Assembly (NCBI RefSeq): GCF_036321535.1
Contig: NC_087436.1
Span: forward strand, 71,116,001 to 71,180,000
Direction: 5' to 3'
Origin: Camelus dromedarius
Lineage: Eukaryota
Length of the DNA: 64,000 nt
Shown here: positions 52,566-64,000 of the stretch, piece after piece
Numbering within the stretch: position 1 is the first letter of the stretch
Layout of the letters: each line of letters starts with the position of its first letter
Notes under the pieces: model-generated
The model's input: only the letters and a program-made list of their open reading frames with translations
Told to the model about the DNA's origin: nothing
The model's database searches: none
Translations under genes and position numbers: made by a program

Positions 52566-54243
52566 CTAAAGGAAGAAAAATGAGTAACCAGCATCCATTT
52601 TATTTTCTTATATTACAGCTTTGAAGATCCATAGTAAGTCTAAACCCTTCTATAAATGAAAGACCATATTTATTAGCATCAAAGCAATCCAAATGAGAGT
52701 TATTTTCCCATGTCCTTCCCGTTCCCTTCATTAGGCATTCAAAATTCTCAGGAAGTATTGCTAACTAGTTAAAAACAGTGGCAAGATGGTTGAAGAGGAG
52801 ATAAAAATTAACAAATATTCCCATTTGAAAACACTGCCAAAGGGGTTAACAGTTTCTAATTTATTCATCCTATTTCCTCAGAAAGCTGGAAGTATTTTTA
52901 AAATAATGGTTACTTCAACAACAATTAATACACATGATTTATACTAGGACAGTGTATACCATAATGTCTTTTTTTTTTTTTTTTTTACTGTGTATCTCTT
53001 TCAAGTTAAGTCAAAATATTATAGGTACTCAAAATAGTTGAACTACTGTTTAGGCCAACAAACACTATTCCTTATGATTGTGAAATTCTAAGGCCACAGT
53101 AGAATTCCTACTTATATAGCTAGGAAATGCTCTTTACTGGTGATAGAACTTGCAATATATTATATATGTACTATGTATTATAAAATAAAATGTTTTCTCT
53201 AATGGATAAAAAAATAACCAACAGGCTTTTAAATTTTGGAGGTGCATCAGCATTTACTGATAAATTAGAAAATAAAATTTTAAAAGTTATTACCATTACT
53301 GACAACGTGTAGAAAATATGAGTAATTTTAGGTAAATGCATTTGTTTCTCTTGAGATTTTAAACTAGTCTAATTTTTCCAAAGAAAAATTCTAGAATAAA
53401 AAATAGGGCATTTCAATTACTGGAGAAAGAACTACAGCTATACAGCGAGGCTATTATGGAATCTGGTAGTGAATATACTTTACATTCTAAAAAGAAAAAG
53501 TCTATGAAACACCATGAAACAATCAATTTTTTAAAGTTACATATGTTAAAAAAGATAATTTACGATAAATTTTCATAGGTTTGACAGATGAGTTAGTTTC
53601 AGAAATCTTCTTAGTGCTTTAATAGCTCAAGAAATATGTGAAAGCTGCATTTACATTTTTACATTCACTTTGAATATAAACCCCTTTACAGTGACATTTC
53701 TACATGATCCTCTTATAAAAGAGGAAAAGAATCTTTTTTTTGGAAATTATAAACAGGAACAATTTGCAGATAATAAACAGAAAACATGCAGAAAATGGAT
53801 CTGCATGTGCCAGTCAGAAACTGGACACATACAGACATCAGGAAAAATTTCATGAGATTAGTCAAATCCAGATGTGCTTGCTGCTCAGTCAAAGAACTTA
53901 AAATGCACTAAAAAAGGTAGAAAGGGGCACACAGCATGACAGCAACCAAAATATCAGAACGAATTTGCCAACATAAATATGGCAAATGATTCTGATATTA
54001 TTCCTTAATTTAGTGCATTTTATTAAAATCTTTATTCTTCTCATCCCCTAATACAGAGCAAATTCAAACTTGCCAAATGATATTTTCCCTCATGCAATAA
54101 TGAACCAACTCAGGTCTCACCAAAAATTAAAACGCCAGTTTTGAATATTTCTTGTTTTAAAGAAGGAACAGTTGGGAGAAACGACCAACAAAAACTACAG
54201 AATAATGCATTTGTAAATAATTTTGAATCCTGCACACCTACGT

Positions 54244-54349
54244 ATAGATAGATACCAAGATATATACATATATATCTATATCTATATATGTATGTATGTA
54301 TATATAGATATATATAGATATATATGTATATATCTTGGTATCTATCTAT
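54244..54349. repeat. Perfect inverted repeat (38-bp arms) within TA-rich microsatellite
   Basis: 54244-54281 is the exact reverse complement of 54312-54349. Confidence 0.93.
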
Positions 54350-54420
54350 CTATATTATTTCTTTGACATTTCTCATTTTAAGTGCATGTTACAGCAGAGC
54401 CAGTGGGCAGAATCACTTAC

Positions 54421-54501
54421 CAAGAATATGAGGGGTAGCCTCGTCTTCTTGGATTAACACATGTCTAGCACCAGGGGGTATATCAAACATCTTAAGGTAC
54501 C
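54421..54501 (-). CDS. ADAMTS3: ADAMTS3 exon, spacer: (G)YLKMFDIPPGARHVLIQEDEATPHIL
   Basis: 81 nt, absent from the ORF track, found by reading; acceptor AAG, donor GTAAGT. Confidence 0.95.
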
Positions 54502-57500
54502 CTTTGCATGTGTAGTAAATATTGGAGGAAGCAAAGGAGAGAACAAAAGCAACAACCGTGGTTAGTTGAGCACTGTTTCATTCTTACTGCTCCTGAGTGC
54601 AGAAGAGGGCATCCATAAACTGGAAGAAGCAGTTTCAGAAATTAAGCTCAAAGCTTTGGTGGCTTTGGTGACATCTGGCAGGAGATCAGAGGAAAATTTT
54701 TATTCTTAAATACAGGGAAAGAAGTTAATCTTGTTTCTAACCCATTCGTTACTTATTTTGTGTTGACCCTACAAATTGTGTCAACAACAGTTCTATACTT
54801 TTCTGTGTCTTTCTACGTGATTTTAATTTTCTAAACCATCCTTTCAAATGGGTACAATTTCTGGTGCACTTAGTTGGTGAATATCTTGAGATATTTTGTC
54901 TGCTTATATATTATTTTAAAAGCCTAAGTGGTAAGCAGAGATAGCTAAAATTCTAATTAATGAAATCTCTTCATATTTCAAAGCCTGCCTTATTTTAAAG
55001 AAATTACAAAAGAAAAATCAGTGAGTTGCTTTCACTTATCATGTGATCAGCAATTAATTTTAAGGCTTTAAACAAGTTTTAATTGGGAATGTTTTAAAAT
55101 ATCTGGTGTAGATTTGGTTGGAAAAATGTCTGCAAGTTATGTGGTACATACACCCTAGGCTCAACCTTCTAATTGAGAAATCACAAAACCAACTTGCCTA
55201 ATAAATTGTCTTGTGTTTTAAAGTCAGTTATCAGTGATATTACAGTCATTGTCCTATAATGCCAAACCTTCTTAGTATTATCACGTATCCTAAAAATTAC
55301 CTTAAGATCATTTAGAATTAAGATCATAACGATAAAGCAACAATAGTCAGGGCAAACAGAGAAAACAAGATGTTTTCCCTCATTTCCATCAAAAATAAAT
55401 GAATATAGGAAGATTATGCAACTCACACCTTTATTACATTATGAAACATATAATTCATCTATTATAGATGAGTAATGACAGAAAATTGAGTCGTAAATAC
55501 AAAATTGCTGATGGAATCAGAAAGAAATCTGGGTTTTCTGTCTTTTCTATATGGACAATTTTTACCTATGGATAGATTTATCTAACTTTTCTAAATATTT
55601 ATTCTAAATGATGGGGTCATTTTGGGGCCAGGGTTTTCAGCACCTGAGCCTGGGTCACATTCAGTCTATGAAATGTACCATGTTTGCTGGAGTACCAATA
55701 GCTAGAGTAATATGCTTGAGATGCCAAGTGCAGGAAACAGCTTGGTGCCATTCATGGATGCCCATCTTTCCGCAGTTTGCTACAACTTACCCAGTACATT
55801 TTTAGCTTCCCTTGTTTCAGCAAGAGAAATATTACGAGCTCCTTTGGGTAAAGTGAAGGCGCCTCTTGTCTTCCCTTAAACAGAATGTCTTTAATTAGTT
55901 AAGGGTTCGTGTTTATCAAAGTCTTGCTGTTTAATTGACTATACTATAAGCTATGTAGATTTTATCAGGTAATATAGAAAATACGTTCCATAATTTTATA
56001 TGTTGAAGTCAAAATGCATTGATAATAGTTAGCTAATGCCAATAAACTGTTAATAGTCAATGAAAGTAAGACCAAGCGTGAACGAGAAATGGTATAGGGG
56101 ATTTGAAGTTGAATACTTGCAGATTTCATTTTCCAGCAACTTGAATTCTTTATGGCACCTCTTGCTTAAATTTTTCCCTGTTGGAAAAGGTTAATTAGTC
56201 TATTGAATAACTGTGATGACAACATTAGTGCAAAGAAATGGATGCTAGATTATCTCTGAACAGTTTGAATCCGTATGGCTGGTTAAAGCTTTCTTCTCTT
56301 CTTCTGACCTTGATTCACAGGTTTAGCATAATTTTTGAGGTATCTGAAAAAAAATCACTACCTTATGTTACACATAATATAGAATGGATAAATATGGCAA
56401 AACCCATTTTCTTCATATGAGTTTACTCTGGAAATAAAACAAAACGAGTTATTTTACACCTAAAAGAATAACACATAACTGCAATAAAGAGCATGGTAAA
56501 TTATTTCACATTAAGATGGAGAAAATCACATTATTCCACCAAAACCATATGTGTATAATTCTAATTCTGTTTGCTTTATTAAAATAAGATAATCAGCCAG
56601 AAATGGCAATATTTGCTTTTTAACAGTTTTCAAAATGGAAAGCATAGTAAATTATCACACAGGAATAGCCAAGACATTAGTAACGGGAGTAGGGAATGCC
56701 TAAGGAAAACAGATTAGAACACAGTCACCTAGCTCTGCCCTCCTCAACACATCAAGGAACAAAGCTGGTATGTGTGGAAATGGCTTCAGTTGGGTAGCTG
56801 GGGTATAATGGGAGTAAAAAGAACTAACACAGTTATTCTGTTTGAATAAAGACTAGTTTTTTTATACTTTCTTTTCTTTTTCTACAAGGAAAAATTACCA
56901 CCATGTCAATGTGCTCTGAGTAAACTAAATCTTTCGTTGTTTTTGTTTTGTTTTATCTTTTTTCTATCGTTCCTTAAGAGACTATATCTTGGATGATGTA
57001 AGAGGCTTCTCAAGGGAAGTAACACATTAAATTTATCTTTAAATGTTGAATTCCCAGAAACATTTGCCCAATAAATGCTTAATGAATAACTGAATGATGT
57101 TTGTTATAAACTTAAGAAGTTATTCATTCATAAATGTTTGTATCTAAATCTTTTATGAAAATTCTGCTGAATATTATGAAAATACTAATAATTTTGCATG
57201 CTATTTGTTGCTTTGGTTCCATCTGTTGAACCTTCACCATATGCCTAAGTCCAGGCCACTGACTGTGTAACAAGCACAGAAATTCACACACACAAGCAGT
57301 TGTATATCAGGTTATTTTTTGGTCGTATATGCCTCAAACTTGTTTAATATAAAATTTTAAATATTATGTGAAATATGGACCTTACATTAATAGACTTATG
57401 AACAGGATAAACTTGTTCACTTTTAAAATAAAAGAAGAAAGGAAGCAAAATAAATGTAATATTTTAAAAGTTGTATTTAAAGTTTCATGATTTTTTTTAA

Positions 57501-57859
57501 CTTCTGATGAGTAATTTATGTGCAGCAGAAAAGTCAGAATAAACAATTCTAATAATTAGGCATAATGCATTTTATTAAAAATACAAAATTAAACAAAACA
57601 TGGATTTTAGGTAACTACTATAATTGATATTGGTTTTATTTGTTCATTATTTAAATTTAGTAGGTAATTTTTCATCATAGATGCTATGGAGTAGGAACTG
57701 TCAAAGTTGCTTAGGTAATGCCGAAAAAGGTAATCTGAATGAAAGTAAATCAGCAGCTAATTTTTTATAGAGAGAGAGAAAATGCTGCATTCCTAAGAGA
57801 AGTCTCAAAAATGCAAATCATAGAGAAGGATATTAAGTTCATGAGACACCTCATCTTAC

Positions 57860-57983
57860 CAAGCTTCCTGGGTGTTCTGGTAAAGGTCCCCTTTACGGTT
57901 CGACAGTGGGAATTATCTCCTCCGCAGACACCACACTTATCTTCAACCTTGTTAGAACCGATTTCTTTATCACAGCCCACTTT
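57860..57983 (-). CDS. ADAMTS3: ADAMTS3 exon: [41 protein letters not shown]
   Basis: 124 nt; acceptor CAG, donor [21 protein letters not shown] motif. Confidence 0.97.
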
Positions 57984-58765
57984 CTGTGGAGGGAACGTTT
58001 TAAATGCAGCTAACTTTAATATGCCAAGTAAAGGCCAGCACACGGGAGAATGATACACCATCTGTTTTATCACGAGCCCACAGTCAGGCAGCCTGCACCA
58101 AACTTCCACTCTAACTCTGGGTTTTAATAACTCAGTCTCTTAAAGAGCCACGATATACCCAAAAGATTGGTACTCTGGGTATCAAAGGACAAATTTCCCA
58201 CAGGCTAATGAAATATTTCCCCCAGCATCCACAGTCAATCATCCCTACTTTCAGGGAAATTTTAGTTCAAGTACTTGTACTTTTGTTGTGATGTGGATTT
58301 CAGTGTTTAAACTTAGAATTAACTGGATGCGAAAGAGGGAGAAAGAGAAGATTTCATTACTTTTTAAACAAAAGATAAAACACATCTGGCACTGAATTAA
58401 AAAAAAAAAAAAAGACTTAGGACTATACTGGCGGATGGCTACTATAAAGTAGTCAGAGCAAAAGCACGGTTCCCACGCCTTACTCCCGGCCGCGAGGCAT
58501 CCGAGTAACTACCCTCCCCCACCCCTACAAGCATCTGCTGGAAATTAGGAAAACTATTTACATCTTGATTTTGCCAGTGACTAAAGTTTGATTTTATTAA
58601 GTGCAATTTCTTCCGAATTTAGCTACTGAATTATCTATAGATTCTCACTGTATTGTGATCTTAGTAAGAAAGCGTTAAAAATTTTTTGAAAATACACAGA
58701 TGAATGAGAGGAAAGGTAGAATGTATGACACTGTGTGAAGCTTTGGGGGAGCGATTTGAACTCAC

Positions 58766-58899
58766 CACGCACTCTCCTCGCACACATATGCTGTACGGGT
58801 CTTTGTAGGAACAGCGCGTTCCATCGTGCACCAGCTGCTTCATATAAGCAACATCTCCAGTCTCCTTGGATTGACAGTAAAGGTGGCATCTTTTCTTGG
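58766..58899 (-). CDS. ADAMTS3: ADAMTS3 exon, Cys-rich: (S)[44 protein letters not shown]
   Basis: 134 nt; acceptor CAG, donor GTGAGT. Confidence 0.97.
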
Positions 58900-59077
58900 C
58901 TGCATAAGATGGACGGTTAAGTCAACTACTTATATAAAATGGTATAGTTGAACAGTACAGTTTACATTAGTTTTAAAATATACACTTTCAATGTGGTTTC
59001 CTGAAAACAAAACACCGTGTCAGTAGATAAAATAAGCAGTAGGGGAAAGTATGCATCTTTGGCATATTTGTTTTAAC

Positions 59078-59211
59078 CAGGGTGACCCTACAATTTGACA
59101 TCTAACCTAGGGTGATTTTGCTAGTGAAAAGGGGCTCTATTAATAACTACACAGGGATAACAGGTATAAACTGAGACTGTCCCAAGCAACCAGGGTGTAC
59201 GGCTACCCTAG
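59078..59211. mobile_element. hAT-Blackjack-like MITE (MER81/MER94-like)
   Basis: Termini CAGGGTGACC...GGCTACCCTA; internal GACTGTCCCAAGCAACCAGGG. Confidence 0.55.
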
Positions 59212-60078
59212 ATTGAACCACAGCTGTTCAATGAACGTCCACTCAGAATCAATTTCATTTTAGTGACACTTAAAGCACTGAAAAGGGTTTCTCTTTCGCT
59301 TAACCCAATGGCCTAGTATACTTTTTGCCTCTTATAGGATCTCATTAATTAAATCTAATGTAATTTATGTGACTCACTTCACCAAAATAAGTCAGAGTAA
59401 TGCACTGCAACTTCGAATTCCTACACATACGCATCTCTCCTTTAAAACAGTTTTTCAACTGAACTCTGCAGTGTCTTACATCACACAATAATGCCGTGAA
59501 TACTCATTTTTATTCACTTAACTAAGAAATGTGTCAAGAAGGTCCCATCTGAACAGATTTCACCGAAAATTCAGGGGAAAGAAGTGAAACATGACAAGGG
59601 GATTTCCACGTGCATTTCTTAATAACTAGCGTACAGTACAAAAGTAAAAGGTCATGAAGTGCCTGTTGTTATTCAATAATGGTCTTTTTCTTGTTCCTGA
59701 CTCAGTTGTAAAATAACTATATCCTCCTCTATTTATTCAGAAAGGAAAGACCACAATATTCCAGAAGCGTCTCCTAGAGGAGGGATTCCAGCTGCACCGG
59801 AAAACTCAACATCTCTCACAGGAGTTGCTTTCCACTCGTCTTTTCAGGAGTGACGGTGGTGGTGCTGCTTGCCAGGAACTATTCCATAATTCTCACCTCA
59901 CCAGAGAAAGGCGTGTGTTAGCCCGATTCTTGGAAACCCAGGAGGACTTACCCCCATAAGCACCAAGTTTTCTAAGTTACCAAGCAGGGATCAAGAGTCC
60001 GAGGGATCGGTGTTGACAAAGCTTAAGCTCTAAGTCACCATCCACACAGCAGGAAAAGCGCGGGCGTCTACTACTCAC

Positions 60079-60254
60079 AGTCGGGGTGTTCATACGGCAA
60101 CCAGTGGTGTTTGGTATTCTGGTATTCGAAGTGGGAGTTACGCTGCTGGCACTGCTGTGCTCTGAAGTCCTCAAAGTGCTTTTGGCATTCTTCTGTATTA
60201 CAAAGCTGGTACTCAAAATTAACACCAGGACAGTCCTGACCACCATTGATGGGC
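60079..60254 (-). CDS. ADAMTS3: ADAMTS3 exon: PINGGQDCPGVNFEYQLCNTEECQKHFEDFRAQQCQQRNSHFEYQNTKHHWLPYEHPD
   Basis: 176 nt; acceptor TAG, donor GTGAGT; phase continuous with neighbours. Confidence 0.97.
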
Positions 60255-60538
60255 CTAAAGAAAAGACAATATTGAAAGAGGCCTTTTGGCTCTGTCCAGC
60301 AGTTGAAGCTTGCAGACACAGGGCTGGAGGGCACAAAGCCAGAGCTTCTGAGCTGCCAGCACAGAGTGAATGAACTCATACTTCCTAAGCTTTCCTTTCC
60401 AAACGCACTATCCTCTCCCTGCCAGGCGGGTGACAGAAAGAATCCCCAAACTCAACTTGAATCAGTATATTTTAAAACAGTATTATTTTCAAACAATATA
60501 TTTTAACTGCATGGCGGTATATAAAGCAACAAAAAACA

Positions 60539-60695
60539 GGGGGGAGGATATCGCTCAGTGGTAGAGCATGTGCTTAGCATGCATGAGGTCCTGGGTTCAA
60601 CCCCTGGTACTCCCACTAATAACAACAACAACGAAAACCCCAAAACCAAAAAGCAAAACAAAACAAAAAACAAATCTAAAACAAAAAAGAAACAA
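60539..60695 (+). mobile_element. Vic-1-type camelid SINE
   Basis: GGGGAGGATATCGCTCAGTGGTAGAGCATGTGCTTAGCATGCATGAGGTCCTGGGTTCAA plus (A/C)-rich tail. Confidence 0.9.
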
Positions 60696-61590
60696 GAAGA
60701 GGCATATGGTCTCAGAAAAATTATATTTTCTCTCACATATAAAACATGCAGACGCAACACAAAGAAACACTGATCACAGCTCCATGCCTCCCTTTCCTAA
60801 CACGCACCATGCAGACCATAATCCTCTCTTCCTTAGAGAAAAACCGGGAGGATTAAATGGGTTAGCATGTTTAAAACACTTAGAACAGAGTGTGGCTCAT
60901 AGTGAAACTTAGCTGCTCTTACTTCCGTGATTTTTGTGTTTGTTGCTTCTACAAATGCTACCACCATCCCTCCCCACGAAGACTTGAATGTCACACTCAG
61001 TCTTTATAAAAGACAGGCTCAGAGCCATCCTGTGGCCAAAGAAAATGGGTACTCACATGTTAACCCTAGACAAGGAAGAATGTCCTAAGTCTGATGTTCC
61101 AGTTAAATAAGGGTTGCTGAGTGCACAACAGGGATTCAAAAAAGTTATTCAAGTGAACTAATGGATAACTTTGCCCCCAACAGTTCCCTGGCCTTCTTTC
61201 CCCATCTTCCTGCCGCCCACCTCTGAAGCTCTACTCCGAACTCTGAAGTGAGGGAGCCACTGTGGCCGGGCTGCTCCTGCCAACAGCCTGTGCTTCCTAC
61301 AGCGGGACTCACAGCCTCGGAGCCCAGGGCCTAAGGGCGCAGTGATCCCCTTTCCCGGCTCGCTCCGTAATTCTCCCAAACAACAATTTCTTCAAAAATC
61401 TCTAATCTTAACTAAGGACTACTCTTCATTAGACTGATAAATAGGGATCTACCCCAAATAGACACTTAAACCCTTAGTTTTTATGGTCTGTCTTTTACAG
61501 GTACTTCACGAAACAGATTATTAATAACATAACATTGAAGCATTTTCTGGTCTCGCCCCAAATAACCTGAACGACAGGAGTTGTACTCAC

Positions 61591-61736
61591 ATTGGATTAT
61601 TGCACTGGCGTGTTCTGAAGCGAACACCAGTTCCACACGTCCGGGAACAGGAGCCAAATTTGGTCCATGATCCCCAGTTGCCATCTTGTTTTTGTTGATT
61701 GGCGTTCTTCCACATGCAGTGACCCTTATAGCACCA
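61591..61736 (-). CDS. ADAMTS3: ADAMTS3 exon, TSR1: [49 protein letters not shown]
   Basis: 146 nt; acceptor CAG, donor GTGAGT; WxxWxxxxxCSRTCG thrombospondin motif. Confidence 0.97.
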
Positions 61737-63161
61737 CTGAGGAAAGGACAAGAAGCAATCAGGGATCACGCATGTGCTAGAGCCGAAGCTGTTACACAAG
61801 GACCCCAGGTGGAGAACTTCACTTCTTGTCTTTTTTTTTTCTTTTTCAAGTGAAAATGCATTTTAAATGATCCCAAAGCACTTACAACAACAAGGTGCCC
61901 TATACACAGGGTAATTTAGACTTGCATATGTTAAGTCTATGAGTAAAATGAGAAAATAACATTCACTCAGACAAGTTTTTAAATGACCCATAGACCAGTG
62001 AGTATCAAATATCATCATCTTACTGGTTAAGTAAGGATGCTCCGAGCACCTGACCTGCCAGCAGGTGCTAGTCTGTCCTTCATCCCTCCTATTTATAGTA
62101 TTGGAGTTTTATTTTTTAAGGATGATATGCTCCCCTTTCAAATAATGACAGGAAACTATATGCCTTAACTTAGAAAATAATTATCATAACATGCTGCAAA
62201 ACACTTGTATGTAGTTTTTGAAATCTCCCTTCACAATGATTCTGAGCAATAGATAGGGCAGACAGATTATCTTTCCCTTTCAGATGAGGAAAACTGGGAA
62301 CTGGAAAGGCTCATGAGTAGCATAAGGACCCCCTGACCAGAAGTCTAAGTGGGAATACTAAAACCCAGACACTGCAGAGGCTGAGAGCTGAGTGGGCCCA
62401 GCATACAGCAGATGCTCAGAAGCTGCTGGTTCTTCTCCTTCCCGACATCTGGACTTGTTTTTTTCATCCTACACACAGTGAAAGTGTTTCTTCAAACTCA
62501 ACTTCGGTAAATTTAAACAGAACACAAATATATGTAGGGAAGTTAGATGTGCGGAGTTGGCTCACAGGATATCTTTTTCATACAGCAAAAACGAATCAAC
62601 TCATAGCTGCCTTTGTTTCTTCGGTCACAGGTTTGTAATACCGAATGCGACACGCCGCATGTAATGTGTCTAGCAGAGTGCCTAACATAGTTTAAACATG
62701 AATAATGGCGGGTTTTATTATGATGATGATGCTTGTAATTCTTATAGAAAGTACAGTGTATACACATTCAAAATAGAGCTTTAAAGGGCTTTAAAAGCAC
62801 TAAAAGCTATATAAATCTTCTTTGCCAGGTTTTGGTCCCATCTACAATATCTTATTTCCAAACTAGTCAAGGCTCTTCAACTTGAGTTCTTAACATGCCT
62901 TTGTTTTGGGTTTTGTGATCTTTCCCCTCATGAGTGCTGTAGCTTGGCACTTGGCCAGTATCTGAGCATTCAATCCTCACTACACAAGTTGAGATTGAAA
63001 CCTTCTGGGCATCCTTCCCCAAGGAGCAAGGCCAAATCTCCTGTATACGTTCACATGACTTGATTTCTGGACAACTTTCACAAGGAGTGGGGGTGCCAGC
63101 CAGTACATCAAATCCCATTAGCAGGGGCCCAGATACTCTGCTGAGCTGCTGCTGCTTAGCC

Positions 63162-63625
63162 TATAATTCGTGGGCTGAATGGTGGTCCCAAAGATGTCAG
63201 GTCCTCATCCCTGAAATCTGTAAATGTTACCCTGTTTGAAAAACAGTTTTTGCAGACGTAATTAAATAAGGATTTTTAGATGGATATGCAGGTGGACCCT
63301 AAATGCCATCATATGTACGCTTATAAGAGAGGGGCAGAGGGAAATGTGCACGCAGGAGAGAAGCGAGCAGTGTGGCCCCAAAGTCAGAGGTCAGAGTGGT
63401 GCAGCCCCATGTCACGGCCTTCAGGCAGACACAGAGGCTGGAACAGCCAAGAACAGATTCGCGACTAGACCCTCTGGAGGGAGTACCATCCTGACTGCAC
63501 ACTGATTTCAGCTCAGTGAAACTGACTTTGTTCTTCCAGCCCCCAGGACGGAGAGATAATTTCCCGTTGTTTTACGCCGCTGAGTCTATGGTGACTTGTC
63601 CTAGCGGCCGCGGGACATAGTGCAC
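63162..63625 (+). mobile_element. MLT1 (MaLR) LTR
   Basis: GGGCTGAATGGTGGTCCCAAAGATGTC...AATGTTACC...TTTGCAGACGTAATTAA...CACTGATTTCAGCTCAGTGAAACTGA. Confidence 0.8.
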
Positions 63626-63711
63626 GATGTTAACACAGTACCACGATGAAACGTGAGGTACTGTGGTTTTCTTAAAAAGTGTCCATGCATGTCATTTTAA
63701 AGATGATTATC

Positions 63712-63848
63712 CTTATGGTAGCTCACAGAGAAAAAAATGTGACAATGAATATATATATGTTCACGTATAACTGAAAAATTGTGCTCTGCACTGGAATTTG
63801 ACACAACATTGTAAAATGATTATAAATCAATATAAAATGTTAAAAAAA
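63712..63848 (+). mobile_element. Young 5'-truncated camelid L1 3' end with perfect 13-bp TSD
   Basis: TSD AAAGATGATTATC at 63699-63711 and 63849-63861; A tail intact. Confidence 0.88.
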
Positions 63849-63862
63849 AAAGATGATTATCA

Positions 63863-64000
<138 letters not shown>

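Noticed and set aside
59151..59169. Resemblance to the I-SceI site (CAGGGATAACAGGTATAA)
   Set aside because: Imperfect match inside a MITE-like element, with no vector or engineered sequence nearby
60539..60615. tRNA-Ala gene (also 34342 and 35730-35806)
   Set aside because: A/B boxes are present, but with A-rich tails, TSDs on two copies and degenerate stems these are tRNA-derived SINEs

Overview
Mammalian genomic DNA, almost certainly camelid: three Vic-1-type tRNA-derived SINEs and camelid/artiodactyl-type L1 3' ends are present. The right half holds the 3' portion of ADAMTS3 on the minus strand. I traced 12 coding exons (probably exons 11-22, the first cut by the window edge) with GT-AG boundaries and consistent phases. 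They join into an intact 2103-nt frame (700 aa plus stop at 31924-31926), followed by a ~2.2 kb 3'UTR with a probable AATAAA at 29738-29743. The left ~29.7 kb is intergenic and rich in MIR, L1/L2, MaLR, ERV LTRs and DNA transposons. I see no convincing novel biological system. The best second-look items are: two independently inserted same-family solo LTRs facing antisense into the ADAMTS3 3' end; a perfect 38-bp-arm hairpin beside an 81-nt in-frame exon; an E-box/NRF1 motif beside a CpG-rich exon; a miRNA/Pumilio motif cluster in the 3'UTR; and a templated 54-bp duplication. Repeat family names come from recalled consensus sequences, not a database search.
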